Shown: piece after piece, positions 36,360-49,036 of the stretch
Position numbering within the stretch: position 1 is the stretch's first letter
Layout: every line of letters starts with the position of its first letter
Assembly (NCBI RefSeq): GCF_016432865.1
Contig: NC_067399.1
Location: 613,614,001-613,678,000 of the forward strand
Length of the DNA stretch: 64,000 nucleotides
Direction of reading: 5' to 3'
Origin: Antechinus flavipes
Lineage: Eukaryota
The notes under the pieces: model-generated
The model's input: the letters and a program-made list of their open reading frames with translations, nothing else
Database searches by the model: none
Told to the model about the DNA's origin: nothing
Translations under genes and position numbers: made by a program

Positions 36360-38630
36360 TTAACAGAAACAACAAATATACATACAAAAAGAGTTAATGA
36401 TCTTACATTGAACCTTCAAGGAGTCAGAACTAAAAGAATTAATAAACAGATAAAGAAAAATCCTTTGTCCTGTATTTGACATTAAAAAAACCCCATAGAC
36501 TATGTTCCCATACCTTAAAAAGAGAAATTCTCGAAAGAACTTGATAAGACCTTCCAAAGTAAGCCAATGTATATTTTAATACTTGGTGAAGTCAGTGCAA
36601 AGATGAGCAAAGAGAGGTGAAAAACATGTTGAAAAATATGATCTAGGGGCAACTAGGTGGTTCAGGGGATAGAACAACAGCCTTGAAGTCAGGAGGATCT
36701 GAGTTCAAATCTGATCTGGCTGTGTTGAGTCACTTAACCTGGGCAAGTCACTTAACCACCTACATATCATAAATTTTCCCCAAAAAATAGAGTTGAGAAT
36801 TGCATGACAGGAGCCAGATGACATCACAAAAATTGAAAATGTCTATATTTTAATCCACAAGACATTATTTGATTATCAGTATAGAAGTCATTTCCACATC
36901 AGCTATTCTGCAGTGAGACCAATGATTTGTTGAAGCAAAGATCAAAACCAGTATAAACTGGAAGAACAATGAAAACGTGTAGTGTTCAATTGAGGCAATT
37001 GAGCAAGCTATTGTCATTAAAAAACAGAAAATTGATCAAGAGACACGTAGACTATTATAATTTCCTAAGGAAATTTGATGGAAATTAATCATAAAAAGAT
37101 ACACGATTTCTTAGACGAGCAGAGAAGAAATATGGCAGCTAAGGGCACAACTGCTTCAAAATATAAGCTTGTTTGCAAAATCCAAAGAAGAAAGGCAGTG
37201 GAAGAGAATAAGCAATGATCACCTTATAAAATAGAAAGAAACAGTTTCACAGAAAGCTTGGTGAGATTCAGTTACATTACCTCAAGGATACTTAAGGATG
37301 AAATTTGAAGAGGGAGGTGGGGAGAAACAAAATAACAGAAAAGATACAACATGATTTCACAACAAACTCTAAACTTCAAAAACAATAGAACCTCCACTTC
37401 TGTACTCAACAGCACAGTCCCAGCGCCCAGTGTAATGCATAAGGTGCTGAAGAAAATGAACGTGGAGGAGCAGCTGGGCTCCAAAAAGTCTGTGTTTCAG
37501 CAGATGCAGTTTTGAAGGCACAGATTTTCAAGCTATCAGAAAGAGAGGAAGATACAGGGTGCTTGGGGAAAATCAGAGATATTATTACTCTAAAAAGTCA
37601 ATTGAGAAAACTACTTAGCCATATACCTATTGTCTCAACTCTTCAAAACTGAAATAGCAATAATCTACACATGTATTGAAGACATCCTTGTGAAAGCTAT
37701 GAGAGCAGACAGACTTTCTTAAATCATTTTACAGCAGAAACATCTTTCTGGTAAAATAATTGACCCAAAGATATAGATAATACAAGATCCCATTGTATTT
37801 ATCATCTGTTGACTTTTTTTAAAATTGATTTGTAGATCAAAATGACACTTTAAAAATTCTTTTATGTCAGGACATCACTCATGTATATGATAGAATTACC
37901 CAAAATTCCTTGAAATATGTAACAGAAGAGATAAATTTATTCTTCAGCAATATAATTATTAATAACAAATGAGGCATGAACAGTAAAACACAACTCTTCA
38001 AAGGTTATTTGCAACCACCATGAAGGAAATATCCAGGTTTCTGTATAGTTTGTGAGGTCTTCCATATGTTCTTCTTTGCAGATCACATGATATTAATTGC
38101 CTCAATCCTCAGAACATTTTATATTCTTCTAAATTAGAGATACATAAATTGCTCAAGAGTTTAAATTAAGTCTCTATATAGGAAAAGGCAAGTGGATAAA
38201 GAATGCCTGTTGTCTAGACTACAGCATGCAATAGGATAGCCAAACCATTAAAATTGTCTTTCAATACATTTGTTTTGAACATAAAATTATAAATAGGTAA
38301 TGAGCTAGCTCTGGGCCCAAATATAAAAGAAGAGAGTCAGCTATATTTCATTTGATAAAATACACAGTGTTTTTAAAAGCTTCTCCCTGAGACAAAGATC
38401 CATCACAAATATCAATACCCTTTGGTCAATACTGTCTGACCACAAATCATGGAATACAATAGTCTCCAAAGCTGCAGGTTACCCAAAAGGCAACAGAAAG
38501 GTGTGTGATAGGTGCGACAGGGCTATTACATGTTAGCAAGTAATTAACATGGGAGAAATTACTTCAAGGAGATCATCAAAGAGATGCATGATTAAGAAAG
38601 AAGATGGACCATCTTGGAGTGAGAAAGGAT
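36360..38630 (+). mobile_element. Long, highly decayed RTE-clade LINE spanning endonuclease to RT/C-terminal remnants, interrupted by a SINE
   Basis: An AP-endonuclease-like ILGDFNAK remnant near 36575-36605 (ttaatacttggtgaagtcagtgcaaag) and RTE-like 3' ORF remnants near 38420-38620. No intact frame. Confidence 0.5.
36647..36762 (+). mobile_element. Marsupial CORE-SINE (Mar1/WSINE-like) head
   Basis: ggggcaactaggtgg...gatagaac...aggatctgagttcaaatc...gggcaagtcacttaacc: tRNA-derived A/B boxes plus CORE. Confidence 0.8.
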
Positions 38631-38649
38631 AACTAATGGGTAGCTTCTG

Positions 38650-39210
38650 TGTCTCCTTAGATGTAGAGGGAACATTTAGCATTTTGAGTGAGCCCTTTGT
38701 GAGAAATTACAAGAGTTTACAGAAATGAACAGGAGTAAAATTCGAGATTTTACTTTGGTAACATTCAAGGGAGTCCCCACATTAATGGAATCACAGACAC
38801 ATACAGGTTGTGTTGTCCAGAAGGCAGCTAAAGATGCACTGCAGAAGTAAGCTGCATGGTTTGATTTGGGAGTCATCTGCACAGATATAGTGACTGAATG
38901 CATGGGAACACATAAGTTTGCCAAGGAATGTAAAGGGAAGAAAAGGCTGTCTAGAATAGAACCCTGAGGGATACCCACACTTATGAGACAGGACATGGAT
39001 CATGATAAAGCAAAGGAAATTTTACAGACAGAAAATCATGGCACAGAACAAAGGAGGAGAGAGGAGTAATCAATTGTGTCACACTCTGCACAAATGCCAA
39101 GGAAGATGACTGAGAAGAGGATTGATTGGGGATTTCCTGAGGAAAAACTGGCATCTGAACATGTAATAGAATATGAGCAATTTTGAAAAATGTGAGATTT
39201 GTACAAACTG
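38650..39210 (-). mobile_element. L2 LINE fragment, reverse orientation
   Basis: gatttgggagtcatctgcacagat...aatagaaccctgagggatacccacact is typical of reverse L2 RT-region text. Confidence 0.6.
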
Positions 39211-40199
39211 AGGCAGATCAAAATAAGTAAAATCAAAGTACAATTTGGTTAAAAAAAAAAAAAAGAGGAAGTACCAGAACACACTATTGTATGCAATATC
39301 AAATTAGATTTCTATACTGGATGTTTCAGCTTAATTGTGTTTCTTTGTCATGAGAACTGATTCACAGAGGGATGGGAAAAGATTTGATATAAAGACAAAA
39401 GTTGTTTTATCAGTTAGTCATGCCCTTATGCTTCATGATCCCATTTGGGATTTTCTTGGCAAAGACAAAGAATGGTTTTACCATTTATTTCTCTAGCTCA
39501 TTTTACAGGTGAGGAAACTGAGGCAAATAAAATTAAGTGACTTTCCCAGGGTCACCCAGCCAGATTTGACCTCAGGACCTGCTGATAAGAAATTTTATCT
39601 CTCTGGGCTTCCATTTCTTTGTAAAGTGTAAAGCAAATTTGTACAGTTGAACTAGGTGATCTCTGAAGTTCTCAAGCCGCACTCTACTCACCTCACTCCC
39701 CTAACAATTTTTTTAATAGTCCATAAAACTTTTTTAATAAACATTTTTAAGAAGAGAGTATTACATTCAGAGGTTTAGAGATTAGATAATAATCTTTGAA
39801 AAAGAAGTTTCATCTGAGTGGTGGGATCAGAAATCAGTTGGCAAGTTGCTGAGGAATAAGTGAGTATTGAGAAAGTAAAGAAAGGAAGGAGACAACAGGA
39901 AGAAGGAAGAGATGGTAGCTTGAAGTTTATGATGGGGTCAAATAGAAACAAAAGAAAGATTCAGCATTAGTGGGCAATAAGAAAGGAGACATCAAATAGG
40001 AAGAGATTAAAGAGGAAAGAGGGAGGCTGGGGCAGAGGGAGAGAAGAACTACCAGTGAGATCAGCTCCAAAAAGAGAAGGGTAAAAGTTGGCATTTAAAG
40101 GGCACTCACAATCTTACCAAGCACTTTGTAAACATGATCTCACTTGATCTCACAATTGCTCTGGCAGGTAAGTACTATACTATTCAAAAGACAAGGGTA

Positions 40200-41400
40200 G
40201 TGTTCAGTTGAACTGAATCATCGAAGAGAAAAGAGGGGATGGAAAGGAATAGAGCTGGTGTAGAAGCAATAGCCTGGAAAAGAATTGAAGGGTGGAAAGA
40301 TTAAAAATTATGGTGAGGCCCTAGAACAGAGTTTGGGATTGTAAGACTAGAGGAAAAGGTCGAATGACAATATATTTTGATCAGATAGGGGAATTTTCAG
40401 AGTTCACGAACATGGGTGATGGCAAGATTAAATATATCACTGTTTTTGTGAATGGCTGAGGTAGTGTGGAGGAAAAGGTCACGTGAAATGAATGAGGTGA
40501 AAAACTTTAGGTGAAGATATTTGAGGGAGTAATCATTATGTTTGTTGAAATCCTCTGAGACAGGCACTGAAGGGGAAAGACTGAGTCAGGCACTAAACTC
40601 ATTGAAAAAAGAAGTGGGAGAAAATGTCTGGAGCTCCCAATTTTGACTGGGTGGTAGTATGGATTAAGTGAACCTCAAAGGAGAGCTCACTGATTAATAA
40701 TGGTAGAGGAGGATCTGGAGGTGCCAATGAGGGCAAAAAGCATTCTTAAATCCCCCACCTCAACCTGTGAGTCAGGAAGAATAATGAGCACTGGAAAGGA
40801 AGGTCAAAGAGGCTACCATCACAAGGCAGCAATTCTCAGTGCGAGACAAAGATTGTATGGAAAGAGTAGACAAGAAAAAGATTGGAGAGGAAAGCAGATG
40901 GCACAGTGGGAAAGGTGGGTACTGTTAGAGTGGGACATGGTGCCTGGGATGGGGATGGAAAAGTTTAAAGTGAATAGAAATAAAGGAGTAGCAGTGTGAG
41001 AGGGACAAAGTGATAGAGGGAGGAGAACAAAGGTCTTCCTCTGCTGACATCTCAGGTTTCAGAACTTGCCAACTCCAATCTACACTGCTGCCAAAGCAAT
41101 ATTCCTAAATCCCAGATCCAGCCATGTCACAGCTTAGTACCCTCCAGTGGCCCTCTTTTATCCTCAGATGAATCACACATTCCTCCTGTTCGTTTACAGC
41201 CCTTCACTCATTTTTGCAGCCAGCCTCTTCCAATACACTTCTTTACATACTCTACTATCCATATAAATTGACTGATCTGTACATGTTCTTCATGCACAGC
41301 CTGTCATCCCCTGCCTCCATGCTGTTGCAGAGATTGTCCTTCATATCTAGAAGGTACTCCCAGCCCAAGTGAAAGTGAGCTTGACTTCTTCAGGGCTTTT
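40200..41400. mobile_element. Cluster of decayed L2 fragments in both orientations
   Basis: A purine-rich reverse-L2-like segment (40200-41010) followed by forward L2-like text (ctacactgctgccaaagcaatattcctaaa...). Limits approximate. Confidence 0.5.
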
Positions 41401-41779
41401 AATGAGGGCAAAATGTTTATTTTTCATGTATCAAATATAGTAACCAAGACAACGCAATATCCACAGTCTGTCCTTAATGAACAGTCAACTTGTTTTCCTT
41501 AACAATGAACATTAGGAGAAGAGAAGCCCTTTTATAGTAAGAGACTAAAGACCGGCCTCCAAGAGTCCCCCCTCTAACATACTAGCTATGGGGCTCTTAT
41601 TGCTCGAGTAATGTGGGTTGTATGCACTAAGAGGAGATGCTCATTGTCAATTAAAGGAGGGCAGAATGGCCAAGAACTGAGATCTGCCTCTTCACATTTC
41701 TCATTGAACCCTTCCTGTATCTGTTTTTGAATTTATCTTACTTTGCTGTGCTCCATGTTACTATTGGGAAGGGAATAAG

Positions 41780-42400
41780 CATCTATATAATACCTATTAC
41801 ATGCCAAATTCTATGCTAAGCATTTTACAATTATTATTTAATTTGGGTCTGTCATTATCTGTAATGGACTGAGGCTTGAGTTGATGCACTGAGGTCCCAA
41901 GCACATGAGGCTAAATAGTAATTGGACCATACTCTATTAATATATAAGCTTGGAGAAAGAATGGCCCCGCCCACTCTTTGTGCAAGTCCTGATGTGTTGT
42001 TTAGGAAATGACATTTTTGGTGGGTGGAGGCAGGGGAGTGGAAAGGGAAGTGGAAAGAGAGACTGCTGGCTGGCGTCCTGTCACAGCTGCTCGCATTGCA
42101 ATTGTGACTGCCCTTCACCTCCAATCCCCCTCTGCTAGCTGGCTTCCTGTCACAGCTGCCCATATTGCTATCGCAATCCTTTTTCACCTTTACTGAGAAT
42201 AAAGATTGAAGATTTTTCCCTTAACCTGAATTCCTGACTCTGGCTAATTTTAAATACGCGGGCATCACAATTATCTACATTTTACTGAGGAAACCGAGGC
42301 AAACAGCAGTTAAACAACTTGCTCGGGGTCACACGGATAGTCCATGTCTGAGGCTGCCTTTGACCTGAGGTCTTCCTAACTTCAGGATTCTGTCTACTGA
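41780..42400 (-). mobile_element. CORE-SINE (Mar1-like) split by the solo LTR
   Basis: The left part (tgctaagcattttacaatta...) and right part (attttactgaggaaaccgaggca...ggtcacac...tttgacctgaggtcttcct) join into one SINE when the LTR is removed. Confidence 0.7.
41860..42269 (+). mobile_element. Intact solo LTR (410 bp) with 6-bp TSD, nested in a CORE-SINE
   Basis: Begins TGTAAT and ends ATCACA, with ATTATC directly on both sides (41854-41859 and 42270-42275). Internal TATA-like run, GC box and AATAAA at 42198-42203. Confidence 0.85.
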
Positions 42401-42649
42401 ATCTAATATTTAACAATATCAAGTGAGATATGAAACAAGAAAAAATATTCTTGCCAAAAACCACTCATTTTACCACTGAGATGAAGATATTTTCTAAATG
42501 AAGATGTTTTGCACTGAGATGAAGATGTTTTCTAAATGTAAAAGAGATTCAGTCCATCTAGGGAGATCCTCTATATGCTCCTATTTGCAGATAACATTGT
42601 ATTGATTATTTCTTGTCCACTGAATGCCAGAAAGTTTCAATGCAATTCA

Positions 42650-42886
42650 TGTGATTTTTCTTGTGTAGCAAGACAACTGTATAAACATGTGTGTATATGT
42701 ATATATACATATATATATACATATACACACATATATATTTATTATTTAACATATTTAACATACACTTTGATATACTTAATATGTATGGGACTACCTGCCA
42801 TCTAGGGGAAGGGGTGGGGGGAAGGGTAGGGAAAAGTTGGAACAGAAGTTTTGCAAGAGTCAATGTTGAAAAATTATCCATGCAAT
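42650..42886 (+). mobile_element. Tail-less L1 3'UTR fragment
   Basis: Contains gggactacctgccatctagggg...gttggaacagaagttttgcaag...ttatccatgca. Flanked by TGCAATTCA direct repeats at 42641-42649 and 42887-42895. Confidence 0.75.
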
Positions 42887-43130
42887 TGCAATTCAATGCA
42901 ATGCAACTGAAAAGAGATTAGCCTAGCAATTCACACAGGAAAAACCCAAATAGGCTAAAAATACACATTGTCCACATAATGATGTGCTATGATTCGGGCA
43001 TCCCATGAGTTAAACTATCAGTCTATTGGACAGTTGCTAATATACAGTGAGCAACCTGGAACCAGAAATGAATAGGAACAAGCCAGTAGATTGGATTACA
43101 TTTGAAAGATGGATAATTTTCAGTGATCCC

Positions 43131-43780
43131 CTGGCTGAGTAAATTGTGGCATATAAATGTTATGGAATATTATTGTTCTGTAAGAAATGACCAACAGGAT
43201 GATTTCAGAGAGGCCTGGAGTGACTTATATGAACTGATGCTGAGTGAAATGAGCAGAACCAGGAGATCATTATACATGGCAACAATAAGACTATATGATG
43301 ATCAATTCTGAAGGAAGTGGCTCTCTTCAACAAGGAGAGGATCCAAATTAGTTCTACTTGACCAGTAATGAACAAAATCAGCTACACCCAGTGAAAGAAC
43401 ACTGGAATATGAGTGTGAGCAACAACATAGCATTTACACTCTTTCTATTGTTGTTTGCTTGCATTTTTGTTTTTCGATTTTTCTTGNNNNNNNNNNNNNN
43501 NNNNNNNNNNNNNNNNNNNNNNNNNNNNNNNNNNNNNNNNNNNNNNNNNNNNNNNNNNNNNNNNNNNNNNNNNNNNNNNNNNNNNNNNNNNNNNNNNNNN
43601 NNNNNNNNNNNNNNNNNNCATTAACATGTATGGGACTACCTGCCATCTAAGGGAAGGAGTGGGGGGAAGGTAGGGAAAAGTTGGAACAGAAGTTTTGCAA
43701 GGGTCAATGTTGAAAAATTATCCATGCATATGTTTTTTTCAATAAAAAGTTCTAATAAAAAAGAAACTAAAAAAAAAAAA
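43131..43780 (+). mobile_element. 5'-truncated L1 (ORF2 C-terminus, 3'UTR, A tail), with an N-gap inside
   Basis: Encodes WLSKLWHINVMEYYCSVRND...LYELMLSEMSRTRR, an L1 ORF2 C-terminus. Has a 3'UTR and poly(A). The near-direct repeat ttttcaRtgatccc occurs at 43117-43130 and 43800-43813. Confidence 0.88.
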
Positions 43781-44615
43781 CCATACAAACCAAAAATTTT
43801 TTTCAATGATCCCATGCTGCCTGTCTTTTTAATACCACTTTTGACTCATTATGCTATGTGGCCTTAAATCACAGTTCCCTGTAATCTCACAAGACTCAAA
43901 ATGGTCAGTGATCAAAGGAAACAGGAAGACAAATGTTGGCTAGAAGTAGGCTGTAGCAGATTACCAAAATCGGCTTGAATGCAAGAAGTATTATGAGTAA
44001 CAGAAATGTAGAAGGACTGCCTGATACTGTAGTTAAAGTGAGAGAGAATTGGTGGATAGCCAACTGGCACATTCCAATGCTCCTCCCAAAGTGGAAGGCT
44101 TTTAGCACACTGGGACGATCTTTTGTGGAGGATTTAGGCCAGGAGATAGAGCATAACAGCAGCATTAGATGAAAAGGAATGATTGGCTAGCAGTACAGCA
44201 AGGAGGAAGTAGCTATGTCAGTGTGGTCACTGATCCGTCAAAGAATGGAAGATTTCCTTTCCCATGACTAGATGATAAACTCATGAAAACAGAAGCTATG
44301 CCATACCTATCCTTGCATCTCCAATACCTGGCACAGTGTCTTAGCTGTAGCCAGTACTTACTTAATTGAACTAATTACAGAACAGAAGACTCTTTAGTTC
44401 TCATGCTGCCTCCTGATGGAAAAAAAGGTGTTATATGCCAGACAAAAAGAGAGTCTTGTTTCTGATGTCAGAAAATCACTAGGCTTAGCCTGGTGCCTTC
44501 AGGAAAGGGGAAAACATTAGGACGCAGGATTATGGATTTCCTTATTAGCCCCTTCCTCAGGCTTAGTCTCACACACTCTTAGGGTAGGTGGGCCCCCTGG
44601 GCCTCTGAATCTTAC

Positions 44616-44753
44616 CTGTATCCTTCTTCACAAAGGCAAGAGTAACCATTCACTTCATCTACACAATGGGCACCATTCTGGCATTGATGATCTATGCAGT
44701 CATTGTAGTTTATGCTACAGTTGTCACCCACATAGCCTGGGGTACATTCACAC
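44616..44753 (-). CDS. SLIT1: SLIT1 exon 31 (EGF4 end and EGF5), 138 nt; not in ORF track
   Basis: gcttag|G...TACAG|gtaaga. Encodes [46 protein letters not shown]. Confidence 0.95.
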
Positions 44754-45740
44754 CTAAGCAGAAAGGAAACTTCACATTTACTCACTGCTAAATATCTGAA
44801 GATCTGAGTTCAAATGTACATTCAAATGTTTTGTTTGTTTGTTTTGTGAGAGGGCAACCTCATTTCCTCCATTTTCTCAACACTTGTAAAATAGTACCTA
44901 CTTCTCAGGGATATTATAAGCATAAAACAAAATATCTAACTTTTTTTTGAAAACCTTTCAGTACTATTTAAACACTGATATTATTAATACTATTTTTATT
45001 ATACAAAACATCAGTTTCCATTAACATAGTTTATCAATAGGTGAAAGAAAAAATCATTCACTTAAACTTTGATTTTATAATATCAACACATTCTTTTTAT
45101 TTGGCCTGAGTTTACTATATCTCAGACATGTCTTGATTTAAATTATAATGCTCTTCTTTAAGTAAGATATGGAATCTGAATATGCAGCTGCCACTGTCTA
45201 GTGTCATTACTAAATAACAAAGATTGTGACTTGCCTACTAAATAAATGAGGCTGAATTTGAACTAAGTCTTCTTGACTCCAGGTCTGGTGCTCTATCCAC
45301 TGAACTATCTAGCTACCTCAATAGAAGTATTATCTCCTTCCAGTCCTTCAAAGAACTGAAGATGGCTGTCATGGGCATCCAACTCTTCTCCACACTAAAC
45401 ATTCCCAATTTTTTTGATCAGTCCTCACATAGCATGACCTCAAGGCCCCTTAACATTTTGGGTGCCATCCTTCAGATGCTCTCCAGCTTCCAAAAATGTG
45501 GTGGTAGTTTTTTTTTCTTTTTTTTTTAAAGCAAAAAACATTTTCAGATGTATGATAGAGGGAATTCTTTTTTTCAAACATGTGTTAGGCTAGATGGCTG
45601 CTCAGGTCAACTCTAAGATTCTGTGATTCTGTTAACTTTTGTCCATATTCTGATTAGCAACTAACTTGGTGTATGAACTTAGCAGCAATAGGGCACATTT
45701 AAGAGAAGCAAGGGAACTCGTGAATTAGGAAAACACTTAC

Positions 45741-45834
45741 TTGGGCCCTTCTGGAGTACCAACACATTTGGCACCATGTTGACATGGGTTTAAATTTAGA
45801 GAACAGAAGTCCACCAACTGTTCACAGATCCTTC
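45741..45834 (-). CDS. SLIT1: SLIT1 exon 30 (EGF4 start), 94 nt; not in ORF track
   Basis: ctgtag|GA...CCCAA|gtaagt. Encodes [32 protein letters not shown]. Confidence 0.95.
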
Positions 45835-46407
45835 CTACAGAGAAAGAGACAAGACAGGATGCCCACTTATAGTTCTTCTTAATCCATGCCTTCCTTAGCT
45901 CAAGTTAAATCATAGGACCTTAGATATAGAACTGGGAGGAACCCTCAAAACCATCTAATCCAACCCCTTATTTTTATATATGAAAACTCAGGTACTGAGG
46001 GGACATGTGACTTGATAAAGATTACAGAGGTAGAAAGTGACAAAGCTGGAATGTGAATCCAGATCTTGACTCCAAAGCTAGAATTCTTTCTACTACCCCA
46101 CACTTGTCTCCTCTGGAAGGAAACGGGGCTGCCTCAGGCCACATGCAGTTCCTGCTACCTTAGGGTGGCATGGAGAGGCTTTGACAGCCCTATCCCACCC
46201 CAACTGCTAGAATTAGAGAGATGCTCAGAATTGATTGTTTCCTATATTGTAGGTTGAGGGGTGCAGAGGACTCAATTAAACATAATCTCCATTTCATATT
46301 TCTCTATTCCTAGTTTGTCTGATGATGTGTTCTCTATCCTGTTATCCTTTTCCCCTTAATGTTCATAGACACAAACACACAATCTTTCTCTCCCATGAAG
46401 GTGGCAC

Positions 46408-46547
46408 CTGTGTATTGAAAGGGGCATAAACATGTGTAGTTGTTGACGCCATCCACACAGATGCCCCCGTTCTCACAGGCATGATCTCTGCAGTTGTCTG
46501 TGTTCACCCCACAGGTTGGACCCTCAAATCCCACTGGGCAGGAACAC
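46408..46547 (-). CDS. SLIT1: SLIT1 exon 29 (EGF2 end and EGF3), 140 nt
   Basis: ttgcag|G...ACAG|gtgcca. Encodes [46 protein letters not shown]. Length and phase fit the neighbouring exons. Confidence 0.93.
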
Positions 46548-49036
46548 CTGCAAGGAACAGAGAAAAGCAGGTCAGCTTCCAAGTGGCAAGAAGTCTCAGA
46601 GGTCCTGATTTAATTCCTGATTCCTCTACCTTTGGACATGATACAGTTCTCCCACTCATAACTGAGGCCTCCCTTCTGGACACTAATTCCAATCCTGCTG
46701 GTGATACATTCGAGCAATATCTGTGTTAAGGAGTCAAGAGACCCCAGTTTGAGTTCTAGTAGTACCACTTACTAGCCATGTGATATTGGGCAAATAACCT
46801 TCCCTCTCTGAACCTCATTTTTCTGATCTGTAAAATAAAGGGGTGGGATAAGATACTCTTAAGGTCCTTTCCTACTCTTAATAAGCCTATGAATCTTAAG
46901 TCATTCCCATTTTCAGAGTCAAAGGTACTCCTCCTATGCTGGGGGCAGGAGCCCAGAGATGCTTCCTAATGTTCTCATCTTTTTTTTCTTGTTCTAATGC
47001 CCACTCTGTGTAGCTTAGAAACTGAAAGCATGTTCCTGGGCTCAGAATCAGACTATCTAGGTCTGGTTCCTGTATTTGTCACTTACAGCCTGGGTGATAG
47101 TGGACAAGGTCCCTTCCTTTCCCTGTACTCAAGTGTTCTCATTTGTGAAATGGGGGCTTGGACTAGACACCCTCTTAAGTTTCCCTGTAGCTCTAAATTC
47201 TATGAACTGTGGTGCATGTTGCTCACAACCACTGAAATGAATTAAATGAGTTTGTATATGTGGGTATGTTCTCCTTCTTTTCTTACAGGAAGAGCTATGG
47301 CTCTTAAGTCTTTTGTGTCCTTCCTCCCTGCTCCCACATGTATGCACATTGCTCTGTTTACAGTATGAAGTCCTACAGGCTTCAACTTCATCCAGAAATG
47401 CCACATCTTCCAGAAGCCTACCAAACTATCTGTTTCTCCAAGGTCTCATTCTAGTCCTTCAACAAATGTTGATTGAGATGGTCTTAGAGGTCATCCCTCC
47501 AACACCCCTCATTTTAGAGATGAGAAAATTAAAGCCCAAAGTAATGAGGGACTGGGCCAATCACAAATAAGTCATCAATGGCAGAGCAAGAATTCGAACC
47601 TTGGTCCTTTGACTTCAGATTGAATATTCTCTGACTATATTAAATTAACAATCTGATCCTCTGGGCTGATTCTTATTCTGTGTCGAAGCTCAAGCTTAAC
47701 ATTATACTCTAAGCCTCCCCTTGTTCTTATGCTCTGTCCTTTTAGCTGCCTGCTCTAAACCAGCCCTGACATTTTTGCATCTCGATCCAAAAACCACTGT
47801 AAGCCTTAGGGAGAGAGGTTTTTTTTTTTTTTTTTTACTGTGTCTAAGAGATGGGCAGAATAAATGCGTTGATTGAGCTTCTCTGCCAAACCCCAAAGGA
47901 GAATCTATGCCTATTGTAAAGATGCTGGGTTTCCAAGGCGACAGGAAGAGAGGCCATTTAGCATTTTATTTTTTTACATCTGGTAATTTAGGTTTGAAGA
48001 GACAGGTTTGGCCATCTCTGCTTCTTGATTCAACATCATTTTCCAGGGAGCCCATTTGTTCTTTCTCTGCTGGGGATTTATTTTCAGAAAGTAATTATGT
48101 TCCCCCAGAAAGGCCCACGGCCTTGGGATTCAGAGCTGGGGGGTGGGAAGGAAAGGCATTGAGATGGTCCAGCTGGGCACCCAGCATTTGACTCTTCCAT
48201 ACTTCCTGCTCCTGATGGATCAGGGATAACCCTGAGAGCAGGTTGAAGGGCTCAGATCAAAGGGGAGAGAATTTTGGGATTAGGATTTTAAAGCTTAAAG
48301 GGACCTTAGAAACCAACTAGTGTGACTTTTTAATTTCGCTGAGAAGGAAACTGAGGTTTAGAGAAGGAAAATAACTTGTTCAAGTTCACACAGTGAGTTT
48401 AGGGTGGCCAGGATCAGAACACAAAGCCACTGCTTCTTCAGGCCCACTCCCCCACCCCCAGCTGAGATCAGAGTCTCACATCAGACTCACATCAGCCATT
48501 TATGGCATATCTGCTCTTACCTGCTTATGGCCAGCTCTGTTAGATGTCAGGTTCTCTAAAGAACCCAATGCATTAACAAGCCTGGCTAGAACCCATCTTG
48601 CACTCTAACCTGAGGGACAATGGGGTGCACCTGACCCTCCCTCTATCATGCCATTCACGGGTATCACACCAGCATGAGAACTCATGTAGTAGTAGACACA
48701 TAAATATGTTAGTCCTGAAGATGGCCTGCTCCCTTCGTACTGCTGTTCTGTTCTCTGGTGGAATCCCCCCAGCCCTCTCCCTAATTTTTCTCTTTTCCAA
48801 CTTGGTCTGCAAGTCTGACTTAGCACCTCCTTTTAGCGGCTGCCCATTTTAGGTAGATTAGACCCTCTTCCATGGCTTTTTGAGTCTATCCAGGCTTTGG
48901 ATCATTTATCCTCCCAGGAATCTGGCCTTACTTGGACCAATCCCCATTAGAGAACTATCTTTCCTTCCCACCTGGCTAACCCATTGCTACCTGCCCAGGA
49001 TGTTCTGAGGAGGAAGAAGGCCCTCTGGGCACTCAC

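Larger units (their letters stand above)
42540..44190 (+). mobile_element. Decayed RTE-clade LINE (RT to 3' region) hosting two L1 fragments
   Basis: The RT catalytic-motif remnant LLFADNIVLI at 42575-42610. RTE-like sequence resumes at 42900-43130 and 43800-44190. Confidence 0.65.
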
